NCBI GenBank assembly: GCA_965235115.1
Contig: OZ249452.1
Location: forward strand, 11,160,001-11,224,000
Source: Laetmonice hystrix
Lineage: Eukaryota
DNA length: 64,000 bases
Reading direction: 5' to 3'
Below are positions 14,680 to 26,508 of the stretch, one piece after another. The first letter of the stretch is position 1. Each line of letters opens with the position of its first letter. The notes beneath the pieces are model-generated. The model saw nothing but the letters and a program-made list of their open reading frames with translations, searched no databases and was not told the origin of the DNA. Position numbers and translations under genes: made by a program.

Positions 14680-14900
14680 ACAAATGGCTTCAGTTATATC
14701 CGGTGGTTCTAATCAGTAGCTTCGGTTAGGTCTGATAGTTCTGACACATGGCTTCATTTACGTCCAGTGACCCTGCCCCATGGCTTCTTTACGACCGATG
14801 GGAATGACCAGTGGCTTCCGGTAGGTCCGATAGTTCTGAACAATGGCTTCAGTTATGTCCAATAGCTCCGACTGATGGTGTTGCTTACATCCAGTGGTCG
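14680..14900. repeat. Old degenerate tandem repeat, about 32-33 bp
   Basis: Recurrent tggcttc...tcc..t.gttctga at roughly regular spacing. Confidence 0.55.
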
Positions 14901-15103
14901 CAGTTCGACTTGCAGATCACGAGGAGTTCTTTGTGGTTGTCGATCGACGTTATCTTCTCGTAAAGCACGGCTGTGACCTTTGAACCCTACCTCTTTTGTC
15001 AAATATACAACCACTAGCAAAATGTTGAGTGATATTATATTATAACAGTGGGCTTTGTATTGTTTGTGGGAGGTAGATTTTTTTTAAACTAAAAGTAGGA
15101 CTT

Positions 15104-15445
15104 CTGGCCGCAGTTTCAAGAAAGTGGTTAAGTTAACTAAGTTGGTTAAAATCGTGGGTGGATGGGTATTTGGGGCTTTACGCCTTGCAACAGCCAGGGT
15201 CATATCACGGCGGTGAAGATGATGATGAAAGTCAGTTTTTCTTGGTGGAGGAAACCGGAGGACCCGGAGGAAACCACCGACCTTCGGGAAGGAACTGACT
15301 GACAAACCTTTCACACATGCAGCCCAGGCCAGGAATGGTTAAAATCGTGGTTAACTCTAACTTTAAAACCAAGGTTGGTTAATTTTCTGTTTCCTGATTG
15401 GTTAAGCTCTGGGTCACTTAACCACTTTCTTGAAACCGGGGCCTG
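15104..15445. mobile_element. Harbinger-type MITE interrupted by a SINE
   Basis: TIRs ctggccgcagtttcaagaaagtggttaagt and acttaaccactttcttgaaaccggggcctg. Confidence 0.75.
15158..15335 (-). mobile_element. 5'-truncated invertebrate SINE with a 15-bp target-site duplication
   Basis: Body ggtggtttcctccgggtcctccggtttcctccacc...gatatgaccctggctgttg is typical of invertebrate tRNA-derived SINEs. TSD tggttaaaatcgtgg at 15143-15157 and 15336-15350. Confidence 0.8.
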
Positions 15446-15773
15446 CTGTCTTCGTGTGAGGTAGACCTAGAGGTTCGAGATCACGATTTCAAAAAGATGT
15501 ACTCGCGATCTTTCCTGACGACTGTTTTTAGACTAAGCATCCAACGTTTTATAATGGGAGCCTTTGAGGTCCTTGAAACGGTTGCTAAGTTTGCAGATTC
15601 TGAAGATGGAAAGGAAACACTATAATTGTTTTGAAAAAAAGAAGAAACTGAAATAGAATACTTTTGTTGAAAATGGAGTACTGTGAAATGCTGTGTCACC
15701 ATATGAAACAAACGGTTAGTGTTCACGACTTTGAAATACTGTCCTGACCCCCTTCTTGTGTAGCTTCTTCTCT

Positions 15774-16332
15774 TCTTAAAGTTCTAGGACGTCCACTTTG
15801 GACTTTATTAAAGTTCTATAACCTCCACTAAAGTCCCCTGTAGACGTTATCACAGTTCTAGAACGTCCCCTGTAGACTTGATCTCAGTTCTAGAACGTCC
15901 ACTGTAGACTTTATTAAAGTTCTAGAACGTCCCCTGTAGACTTTATTAAAGTTCTAGAACGTCCACTGTAGACTTTATTAAAGTTCTAGAACGTCCACTG
16001 TAGACTTTATTAAAGTTCTAGAACGTCCACTGTAGACTTTATTAAAGTTCTAGAACGTCCACTGTAGACTTTATTAAAGTTCTAGAACGCCCCCTGTAGA
16101 CTTTAGCTCAGTTCTAGAACGTCCACTGTGGACTTTATTAAAGTTGTAGAACGTTCCCTGTAGACTTTATTAAAGTTCCAGAACGTCCACTGTAGACTTT
16201 ATTAAAGTTCTAGAACGTCCACTATAGACTTTATTAAAGTTATAGAACGCCCTCTGTAGACTTAATTAAAGTTCTAGAACGTCCACTAAAGGCCAAAATG
16301 GACTTTAGTGGACGTTTTAGAACGTCCACTGT
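15774..16332. repeat. Minisatellite, 32 bp x about 17, ending in an inverted unit
   Basis: Unit gtagactttattaaagttctagaacgtccact. The right end has gtccactaaag..ctttagtggac and agtggacgtt-ttag-aacgtccact hairpins. Confidence 0.95.
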
Positions 16333-16667
16333 TAACTTTTGCCACTTTTTGATCGTCATGAGTTCGTTGCTAAAAAGATGAAGCAGTCAGTATCAACATA
16401 ATATAACCATCACTAAATGTTCTGGTGGCTGGAAATGACATTGGAAAGGCTATGGCAGAGCAGAAGTTGTCAGGCATTGCACTTGAAAAATCCATCACTG
16501 CACGAAAGGGGGGGGGGGGGGGGGGGGCTCGAGTGCCGAAGGCGCGCGGCTAAAATTGTTCAACTTTTTTCTTTTTGAACACGTACCTGTAGCCAGCTTT
16601 TATAATTGTCCTCAATATCAAGTCACTGAGTGGTGTGCATATCACAAAACGCAGATTGATGCTCTCA

Positions 16668-16778
16668 ACTGTGTGGCTGGGGACACTAGGGGCAACTGTG
16701 TCCTCTGGGGACATTAGGATTAACTGTGTCCCTGGGACACTAGGATTCGATCAACTGTGTCCCTGGGACACCTGGGGC
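16668..16778. repeat. Short tandem repeat, about 28-30 bp x 4
   Basis: caactgtgtccctgggacac core; each unit is internally palindromic (gtgtccc-t-gggacac). Confidence 0.75.
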
Positions 16779-17080
16779 CCGTCTTACGAACGTAGGTCGC
16801 CGCAATATCCCCGTCAAAGTCGCCAAATCGGGGATATTGCCAGCTCTAGGTGTCTTACTAAAAACTCCTCCCTGGCGATGTCCAAGCAGTGGAGCAATAA
16901 AATCCAAGAATCCATAATATAGGGCGATACAATCCCTGAGCAACTAAATATTCATGTTTTATTCATAAAGTGCACGCATTGCACGCACCCTTAATCACCT
17001 CACTTCAAAAACTAAACCTTCAAATCCCATGGATTTATCTGGTAGAAAAGCTGAAAAGAACCAGAATTGTGCATGTTATC

Positions 17081-17261
17081 ATTGGGATCTGATTGCATTA
17101 CGCAAAGTTTAATATTTGGGTTTTAGAGAGTAACGTTATTAACGAACGTCAGGAATCTCTCTGGTAATCTTTGCTGTAAACTCACGGATTTATATTGATA
17201 CGCTGTTGTTCAGACGTGACCAGAATTGTGCATGTTATCATTAAGATCTGACTGCATTACA
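17081..17261. repeat. Direct duplication of about 41 bp, about 140 bp apart
   Basis: ccagaattgtgcatgttatcatt..gatctga.tgcattac occurs twice. Confidence 0.75.
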
Positions 17262-18206
17262 CAAATGTTATTTCTACTTGCAGTATTGCGTATCCGACAA
17301 TATAATTACCACTCATGTAATTATACTTCAGGGGCAGATTAGTAGGCAGTAACCGTGGGTAACAATCAACTAGTTATTATTCAGCCGCATGGGGTCCAAT
17401 GGATTGAAGCACTTCATTTGATAGTGGTATACGGGTTGTGAAGGAACAACGAGCTCTCAGCAAACTCTCAAAGGTCGCTTCAGAAGGCGTAGTCTCCATC
17501 GATCTCCCAAGGATCTTTCAATGAGCGCTCAATGATCGCCAAGGTCGCTCAAAGATCTATATAGATCTTGCATTTTTGAGGGCAAAAGGATCTCCCAAAC
17601 ATTTACACAGAAACGGTTATTTTCGACGCTTTAGGAGATCGTTGAGAGATGGAGCCAATTTTTGATCGCTCAATGGTCATCCAACGATCTGTGTGTGTTT
17701 AAAGGGAGGTGTCGTCTACTGCGTCTACATGTAACTGTTCATGTAACATGTTACAAATGCCTGCATGCAGGACCAGTGTTCAGTAGTGTAAATGGCAAAA
17801 GGTACCTGAAATAGGTGATCGAAATCCAGTGAACATTGCCTTTTTGCCTTTTTTAAATTTCACCCATGACAACATTTAAACACTGTAAATGTATCTAAAT
17901 ATACTCCCCAAAATGCACGGAATGCACCATTTTTCACGTAATATTTCAATTTTTCGGGGGGCCCCCGGACCCCCTTAGTATGGCTTCGCATCTCCGCTGC
18001 TGGCCATGCTCACAGGATCTTTTTTCTCTAGATTGGCAACACTGGAAATCGTACTTAAAAATGCAGACCATTTCGAGCGGTAATGTAACGGGTTTCTCCT
18101 CCCTGTCATTTGAAAAAGAAAATTATAAAGTAACCGTCTAAAAAAGGCAGTGAATTCCATCCTCTTGAAAAGTTCTCCTTTGTCATGTGAGGTATACCCA
18201 GCTATA

Positions 18207-18358
18207 TTATTTATATGCTTTGGTATTTGTATCAAAGGAAACACGAACCATGGCTTCATCAGATTTTGTCTCGATCTTTGCAGTGAGATCAAAGAATGTG
18301 TTATCTGACGCCGCATGCGGCATATCTTCTCTCGGACGTACTTCCTCTGAGAGTGGAG
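18207..18358 (-). CDS. Candidate terminal exon (PLSEEVRPREDMPHAASDNTFFDLTAKIETKSDEAMVRVSFDTNTKAYK*)
   Basis: Acceptor cttttatgttgaag|; phase-compatible with candidate 19917-20022; unsupported otherwise. Confidence 0.25.
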
Positions 18359-18559
18359 CTTCAACATAAAAGATATATATTATAAAAAAAATAACAGTGG
18401 CATTTCTTGATAGAATAGTTTTGGGAAAGTGTAGTATTACTTCGACAGCAAGAAGTGAAAGAAGATAATGTGTGAAACTTTTGTCACATCACCAAAGCAG
18501 ACCATAGTCTACGCCTGTATTATGTATGTCTTTCAACAGAAGCCGGAGGGAGAGAGAAG

Positions 18560-18970
18560 CTGATACTGTCTGTGTATCACACACATACACCATTCCCATT
18601 CCCATACCGTACCTCAAGGAATGGTCCACACTGTGTGTATACAGATACTCTCTGTGTAACACATACACATACACCATACCCATTCCCATACCGTACCTCA
18701 AGGGTACCTCCCACGGATACTCCCACTACTCCTCCTGCCTGTACCTCACATCAGGAGGTCATACTGAGGTCAGTGGAGGCCAATCATTGGTCCACACTGT
18801 GTGTATACAGATATTGTCTGTGTAACACACACATACACCATACCCATTCCCACACCGTACCTCAAGGGTACCTCCCACGGTTCCCCCCACTACTCCTCCT
18901 GTCTCTGACCTCACATCAGGAAGTCATGCTGAGGTCAGTGGAGGTCAATGGTCCATACTGTGTGGATACA
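18560..18970. repeat. Tandem repeat, about 165 bp x about 2.5
   Basis: ggtccacactgtgtgtatacagata...cccataccgtacctcaagg recurs. Confidence 0.85.
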
Positions 18971-19071
18971 CAATCTGCCCCCCTCAATAATTAAACCCCG
19001 CTACGCTCGTCTAAACTTTGTCATGAAAATGTCTTCAGATTCAGACCAATCAGATTGCTTCGCTGTGCCAA

Positions 19072-19907
19072 GTGTACATACAGTTCCACCAAGCTGTACA
19101 GATCTACCGAGCCGTACAGTTCCATCAGGCTGTACAGTTCCATCAGGCTGTGCAGTTCCATCAGGCTGTGCAGTTCCATCAGGCTGTACAGTTCCATCAG
19201 GCTCTACAGTTCCATCAGGCTGTACAGTTCCATCAAACCATACAGTTCATCAGGCTGTACAGTTCCTGTAAAGTTCCATCAAGCCATAGAGTTCCATCAG
19301 GCTGTAAAGTTCCATCAGGCTGTACAGTTCCATCAGGCTGTACAGTTCCATCAGGCTGTACAGTTCCATCAGGCTGTACAGTTCCATCAGGCTGTACAGT
19401 TCCATCAAACCATACAGTTCATCAGGCTGTACAGTTCCATCAGGCTGTACAGTTCCTGTAAAGTTCCATCAAGCCATAGAGTTCCATCAGGCTGTAAAGT
19501 TCCATCAGGCTGTACAGTTCCATCAGGCTGTACAGTTCCATCAGGCTGTACAGTTCCATCAGGCTCTACAGTTCCATCAGGCTGTACAGTTCCATCAAAC
19601 CATACAGTTCATCAGGCTGTACAGTTCCTGTAAAGTTCCATCAAGCCATAGAGTTCCATCAGGCTGTAAAGTTCCATCAGGCTGTACAGTTCCATCAGGC
19701 TGTACAGTTCCATCAGGCTGTACAGTTTCATCAGGCTGTACAGTTCCATCAGGCTGTACAGTTCCATCAGGCTGTACAGTTACATCAAGCTGTACAGTTC
19801 CATTAAACCATACAGTTCCATCAAACCATACAGTTCTCCGAGTTCCACTGAGCCGTACGGAGCCGCACAGTTCCATGAAGCCATACAATTCCATAAGGCT
19901 GTACAGT
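19072..19907. repeat. Minisatellite, 18 bp, with higher-order blocks of about 170-190 bp
   Basis: Unit cagttccatcaggctgta. A diagnostic variant block caaaccatacagttcatc...cctgtaaagttccatcaagccataga occurs three times. Confidence 0.95.
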
Positions 19908-19916
19908 TAATCCCAC

Positions 19917-20022
19917 CGAGATATACAGAAGGAATGATCGGGGGAGGGATTATGTCGGGGACGGAAGCCATCAGCTGCAGCTCGGTTCTAGTCGCAGCCC
20001 GAGCCTCACGTCTGCTGGGAGA
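19917..20022 (-). CDS. Candidate exon (SPSRREARAATRTELQLMASVPDIIPPPIIPSVYL)
   Basis: Open GC-rich frame, several tandem CAG acceptors, weak donor |gtggga. Confidence 0.2.
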
Positions 20023-20184
20023 CTGATTGTATTGTGAATTAACTCAGGATCGATCGTACTGTCTGTTCGCCCAGTCACAACAATTATCATGCCAGACTAT
20101 GCGATTATAGCTCTCTGACCCTTAATAGCACTGTAGGGGGATACCTCATTAGAAACATGGGGCATGGCGGGAATTTTCCGCCGA

Positions 20185-20590
20185 TGGCCAGGCGATGTTC
20201 TCATGCGATTATCGCATGAGATGTTCCCCATCGCCTGACCATCGCATGCGATGGACCGGCCTTGCACACCAGTGCGATTATCGCATGCGATGACCAAAGT
20301 TATCTCTATCGGTGTCCGCAGCTGCTGCAGACGTGAAAGATGACGACATCCATATTTTCGCCGCTTTTGGGACAGCAACAGCTGCTAATATCGTATTACT
20401 GGAGGATGACGAAGTACCAAAACGAATGATGTGAGCGAGAGAGTGGTTGAAAAAGAGAAACAGCCACTGAAGCCATGCGATAGTCGCCAATGGTGAGTTT
20501 TCCATGCGATGGGATCACCGGACCATCGCTTTGCCAGGCGATGACCATTTCCATCGCATGCGATGTCAATCATCGCTCGCCTGACACATA
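20185..20590 (+). mobile_element. PIF/Harbinger-derived remnant with palindrome-rich arms
   Basis: 20339-20470 reads DDDIHIFAAFGTATAANIVLLEDDEVPKRMM*AREWLKKRNSH (Harbinger nuclease N-terminal WVRxWLxxR type). It is flanked by repeated catcgcatgcgatg palindromes. Confidence 0.45.
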
Positions 20591-21089
20591 CATGTACCTC
20601 CCCAGTCTCCGCTACCGTTTTAGATTTGGCATCTCCCCTTGCCTTGTTCAACATTCTGAATGCATGAATTCTAGAACACCACGCTAGCCTTTTATAAAAA
20701 ATGCGCAAAAAAAGGGTTGGGGTACGGGTCCTTAGGGACTTAAGTACTATAATCCCGGCTTATCGGCATGGATCTGATTTAACGAAACCGAGGCGATTGG
20801 TAGAACTAGAATCTCGGCTTATCGCCAAGGAGCTGATGAATTAACCCAAGACGACGCAGTATCTCATGGAGCACGGTTTGCATATAAAGTGGGTACGTTA
20901 CCATCAACAGTCAGGGCATGTTTGGTATTTATTGGTACCGATATGAAACTAACAATGCCCTGTCGGTTAACGTGTAGCACACATCGGGACCTGGGTCAGT
21001 CTTGTCCTGCGTCGGTGCAATTGGCCACCTCCCTTACCCATTTATTCATTGATATTTTAATTTTCCAATATTCGGCCTTGACTGGATTT

Positions 21090-21380
21090 GATTGATACGC
21101 TCGATACGCGGTTGCAAGAGGAATCTGGATTATAGACGATGCTTGTTGTTAGATATCTCAAGATTGCCCTCAAAATGTAAGTCCGACACAGAAGATAATA
21201 GGCGTCTTAAATAAGAACTCCTTTCTCTTAACGATATATCGTATAGTTTGACTCTATAATATTCGTATCATTTACCTCATTGAAGCTTTCCGGTTTGTCA
21301 ATAAACAGATGGCATGCATGCATTTTCTTGCATAATATGGCATTGAAGAGCCCAATGTTATTAACACTTAATGAAGAGAC
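21090..21380 (+). mobile_element. Possible Harbinger DDE nuclease C-terminal remnant
   Basis: ACIFLHNMAL resembles the ACCxLHN motif; a weak R..VERxxG-like segment lies upstream. Confidence 0.3.
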
Positions 21381-21700
21381 CACGCCAATAGAAATATTGA
21401 ATAAGAGACGCGTACAAATAATTGATGTTGATTATGGATATGATTATAAGGAAGAGATCCCCGAGAGTAAATACCATCAAGTAATTAATATCATCGGATA
21501 TTAATAATCTTCAGCGGATGAGTGAGGCGATTTATTACTACATTGTGTGGGAACGGGTTTGAGAATAGACTTTTGTCCAAGTGACTTGATAGAATGAAAC
21601 ATCTATCAAGTTATGGTGGTCAACTGTCAATAATGTAATGGTTCGTTGGGCTGCAATGAGAGCGAACATTCCTTTTATACCTTTGCTGTCCAGAGTTCAC

Positions 21701-21900
21701 GGCCTCATCCACAGGCGATTTTCCTTGCGACGACCAGGCGATTTTTGATGTAATGGTGGAATTTCACTCTGTATTTTTTTCCTGGCTGGCCTTTCCTGTT
21801 TGTGCAAATGGGTTCCATCTCAAAACCACAGTAAAATAAAAAGGCGATGTCTAAATTGCATGGGCGTCGCAAGAAAAATCGCCTTAGTGGATCAGGACCT
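21701..21900. mobile_element. Harbinger-like MITE family A, copy 1
   Basis: About 35-bp imperfect TIR (ggcctcatccacaggcgattttccttgcgacg vs cgtcgcaagaaaaatcgccttagtggatcaggacc). The core caaaa(c/t)cacagtaaaataaaa is shared with 40990 and 54018. Confidence 0.7.
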
Positions 21901-24212
21901 TTAAGTCGGGGAGAACTCAATGCTGGGGGTGATTATAGTCGTCACCCGTCCCCCTGCCTCACTCAGCGGAACTTTGGGCTCACAACACAGGTCAGTAAGT
22001 TCATCAATCCTATCTAAATGCGACCATTCTAAACATACTGGACGGTTCCGTTTTATAGTTGTCATAAACAAAGGTTAGTATGATGTATGTTCCCCTTACG
22101 AGGTCCGTTATAATGTCCCCATTCCAGTTTGAAGACATACAAATGGTAAATTTTGTTGATTGCATATCGTAATATCTACTTCTCGCGGTACGAAGCCCTG
22201 CTGTAGAAGAGTCTGGGGGCACGCCCCCGAAAAATTTGGAGATTAAACGTGCAATTTGGTGAAATTTAGTGCATTTTGGAACACAAAACGAGGTAAATGA
22301 GCGGCTCGAAAGGGCATGGCTAGCCACCCAATTCACCCCCCCCCCGTCCGCCCCTGGGAGACTTTGCAGTGTTTACGAACTAACTTGAATATGCAAATGT
22401 AATGTCGTGCTCAATTAATTTCGCTTTGTTGAAAGACTAATGTAAAAGAATAATTTTATAGTCAACGCCCATAAAATACTTGCCGCCGTTTGCACTACTG
22501 TCTTACCAACCGGCATGAACATTTAAAACTGAAGAACTCTAAATGTGGAAGACTCAAACATTGTAACTGTACTTCTCCCGGAAACTGTGCAAACACAAGT
22601 TTACGATATCCGGATACAAATAATTAAGTTATATACGTGACTGAGAAAGCGTGTCTGACGCACGTGATCTGAGCAGGACCCTTATAGTAACATATGACTC
22701 AGGATTCTGGGGCGGGTTGCACTAACGGTCTTACAGGTTAGGACTGAATTTAGGACCATGCAGTCCTACTGAGTGTCATGCCCCTCAGGCACTTCGTATC
22801 TATCTGAGTTTCAATAGCCCTGGAGATATAAAAGTTGACGAATTACATTTGAATTATGGAAATTGGTCCCTGTTGAATGTAGGACTGGTCCTAAATTCTG
22901 TCAGCGGGGGGGGGGGGGGGGGTCTGGTCCCGAACTATACGTAGGGGAACAAAATTCGTACATGGCCGTAGCATGGCTTTCCCTAGCCTACGTAGTAAGC
23001 CTTGCACAGACAGCCCAATTAAATTCCTGGCGGGTCATACCGTACACCGGCCAGACCACCACCGCTTGCACTGATCAACTCACCGGCATCCATTTATCTC
23101 GACAGTAGGTGTAATGAGTCCTGAAGTAGTGTTTCTAATAGTACAACGTCAAATTCATGTCTAGATCACCCGTTTAACGGCGTTTTACCGGCCGCCATGT
23201 TGCCTTTGATATCCCAGCATGCATCTCTCCGCCGGTCAACGAGCATTGAAATTTCTCGGTTCGAAAGATGTGACTGTCTTTATTGTGTCGCATCGTGCTT
23301 TTCCAGCTTGCAGATATGAGAGATAAGTTAGTTTGAGTTTATTTATCAATATTTCATCAACATATAGAGACAAAGGAGGGCTTTTCATGGAAAACAGAGA
23401 ATTTGCCCGGGTACGCTCGGAAATTCTGAACGGCGACCTTTGGCTCTGTACAGAGCACAGAGCCGAATTCTTTGGCTAGGCTTCCCCCGGCCCAAGTGTA
23501 ACCCCCACTCTAAAAAATATCAGCGCACGGCCATGAGATTCCCCTATTGTTTACAACCGCAGCTGCCTCACAGTAAACCGGAAACGGTTTGTATACTTCC
23601 GCTTCTAGAACCGACTCCCCCCTTTTTTAGATATGTCATGTATTTCGCTAAGAACGAGACTTCTCTCCGACCTAACCTGTCCGGTCCGCTGCCCTATCAA
23701 TACTTCCAGCACGTGGCACTATAAACATACTACTTGTACTCTATTTTACATGAGGTGGAAGTTCTGTCGGGTGGAAAGAGGCAGGCGGATGTCAGGCGTG
23801 TGTTTGGTTTAGCTATTGACCGCCAGGATATCTATAAAACCTCATGTAACGCTGTGTCACGACTGACCTGGGTCGCACGAACAGTCCCCTCCCGGCCCAT
23901 TGTCTGCGTACATGGCAGTGTAAGATTTAGCTTGGTACGGCTCTGTCAAAGTCACTCTCTCTTCCTCTTTAAGTGTCGGAGAGGCTATAGAAGGGCAGAA
24001 CGGTTCTGATCGATGGCAGTTTTTTTAGGATGAGTCCCCAAGCCTTGCATCCCATCTACTCAACACTACCCGGGCTTCGTCCTTGATGGATTATTGGGGT
24101 AAAAATATCCTGGATGGCTGCGTTTGGCCGAGGTCCGGCTGGCAGGATGGGACCGGATCGCGATTACTGCCCAACTTTTACGACCAATGCGAACCCCCAC
24201 CCCCTCTCTGCA

Positions 24213-25365
24213 CATTGTATGACTCATCGGACCCAATATCATTGTATGCCTCATCCGACCAATATCGTTGTATGCCTCATCCGACCCAATATCACTGTAT
24301 GCCTCATCCGACCCCAATATCATTGTATGCCTCATCCTACCCAATATCATTTTATGCCTCATCCGACCCCAATATCATTGTATGCCTCATCCTACCCCAA
24401 TATCATTGTATGCCTCATCCGACCCAATATCATTGTATGCCTCATCCGACCCAATATCATTTTATGCCTCATCCGACCCCAATATCATTGTATGCCTCAT
24501 CCTACCCCAAAATCATTGTATGCCTCATCCGACCCAATATCATTGTATGCCTCATCCGACCCCAATATCATTGTATGCCTCATCCGACCCCAATATCATT
24601 GTATGCCTCATCCGACCCCAATATCATTGTATGCCTCATCCGACCCCAATATCATTGTATGCCTCATCCGACCCCAATATTATTGTATGCCTCATCCGAC
24701 CCAATATCATTGTATGCCTCATCCGACCCAATATTATTGTATGCCTCATCCGACCCAATATCATTGTATGCCTCATCCGACCAATATCGTTGTATGCCTC
24801 ATCCGACCCAATATCATTGTATGCCTCATCCGACCCAATATCATTGTATGCCTCATCCGACCCAATATCACTGTATGCCTCATCCGACCCCAATATCATT
24901 GTATGCCTCATCCGACCAATATCGTTGTATGCCTCATCCTACTCCAATATCATTGTATGCCTCATCCTACCCCAATATCATTGTATGACTCATCCGACCC
25001 AATATCATTGTATGCCTCATCCGACCCAATATCATTGTATGCCTCATCCGACCCCAATATCATTGTATGCCTCATCCGACCAATATCGTTGTATGCCTCA
25101 TCCTACTCCAATATCATTGTATGCCTCATCCTACCCTAATATCATTGTATGCCTCATCCGACCCCAATATCATTGTACATGCCCCATCCGACCCAAAATA
25201 TTGCCTCATCCGACCCTCAAGTGTATGCCTCATCCCACCCCAATGTACTCCCCATACCCCATTGTATGCCTCATATCACCCTCATGTATACCTCATCCCC
25301 CCGAGTTGTATGCCCCATCCCTACCCTACTGTATGCCTCATGCCACCCCTAATGTCTGCCTCATC
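24213..25365. repeat. Minisatellite, 27-29 bp x about 40, decaying after about 25190
   Basis: Unit ccaatatcattgtatgcctcatccgac with a variable C-run. Confidence 0.95.
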
Positions 25366-25388
25366 CCCCTCACGTCGTTATTTCACAG

Positions 25389-25571
25389 CACCAGACATTC
25401 ACAAGGATCTACATCAATACGAACCGGAGATACTATTTGAGGGTGTAAACTATTTTCATACTCAGCATTCCCGGGGTGCTCCTAATTCAGTGAGGTATCA
25501 ATACATGTCATTGACTGAGAGGAAGGTGCTAGGGGAGGGGCAGTCCGAATACAGCTTCCACCAAATAAATG
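25389..25571 (+). CDS. Candidate orphan internal exon, 61 codons, phase 1 to 1 (PDIHKDLHQYEPEILFEGVNYFHTQHS...SEYSFHQIN)
   Basis: Acceptor cgttatttcacag|, donor atg|gtaagg; open, complex and non-repetitive; no family recognised. Confidence 0.45.
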
Positions 25572-25614
25572 GTAAGGTTTTTGTCTTCAGCATGGTAATT
25601 TACCAACACTTTCA

Positions 25615-25754
25615 TGAGAGACCTGATACACTGTCCTGAGAGACCTGATACACTGTCCTGAGAGACCTGAGACACTGTCCTGAGAGACCTGAGACACTGT
25701 CCTGAGAGACCTGAGACACTGTCCTGAGAGACCTGAGACACTGTCATGAGAGAC
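25615..25754. repeat. Minisatellite, 22 bp x about 6
   Basis: Unit gagagacctgagacactgtcct. Confidence 0.9.
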
Positions 25755-26344
25755 GATTTCGTTTACTTACCACACACCTGGACATAACGGGGCCACCGAG
25801 ACGCCCCCCCCCCCTCCTTCCCAACAGGTAAACAAATCAGTAGGGATGGTTCCCCCCTTGCCGCTATCCACAGTACATGCCCGTTTTGGTTTACTACCTA
25901 TTCATGCAGGCGATAGAGTCTATTTAAACACGCCATCCATCCTCAATAGATTCCTTGAGAAAAATCCCTTCCCGATTCATTTGAGACCGAAACTTAGATA
26001 TCATATCTAAATTGCTGAAAAACTGCAATCAGCCATACCTGATCAGTCATAAAAATATGTCATAGCCAATCAGTGACGCATAGTCATTCCAGGAAGATTC
26101 CTCTAATAAAGTCCCGTCATATTTCAGTTGTCCTAGGAAGGCAGTTTGACATGTAAGCCACCATGAAATTGTCCTATTATAGTGGTCAGACATAAATTCC
26201 GTAATCCTACGCCAAAAGGCGTATAGATTATGATGGTCCTTCACAGCAGTAACCTCGCAGGGACTGCCGCTGGAGACAGTGGTAGACTTCAGTAAATAAA
26301 CGACAATTACGTCCGGTTTGGTGCCAGTTGACGTCTCTAAGCAA

Positions 26345-26508
26345 AGGGAAGATTTGGCCCTTTACAGTGACTGAGCAGGGGAAGACTTGGCCCTTCACAG
26401 TGACTGAGCAGGGGAAGACTTGAACCTTCACTGACCAGGGGAAAACTTAGCCTTTCACAGTGACGGAGCGGGGGAAGATTAAACTCTTCACTGAGCAGGG
26501 AAAGACTT
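26345..26508. repeat. Degenerate tandem repeat, about 33 bp x 5
   Basis: ggggaagacttggcccttcacagtgactgagca and variants. Confidence 0.8.

Noticed and set aside
18948-19971. QFHQAV, VPSGCT and LYSSIR repeat ORFs
   Set aside because: They come from an 18-bp satellite open in several frames and interrupted by indel variants.
24083-25440. Three long overlapping + strand ORFs (301, 341 and 390 aa)
   Set aside because: These are translations of a 27-29 bp minisatellite that lacks stops on this strand. All frames are open and unit length shifts the frame constantly.
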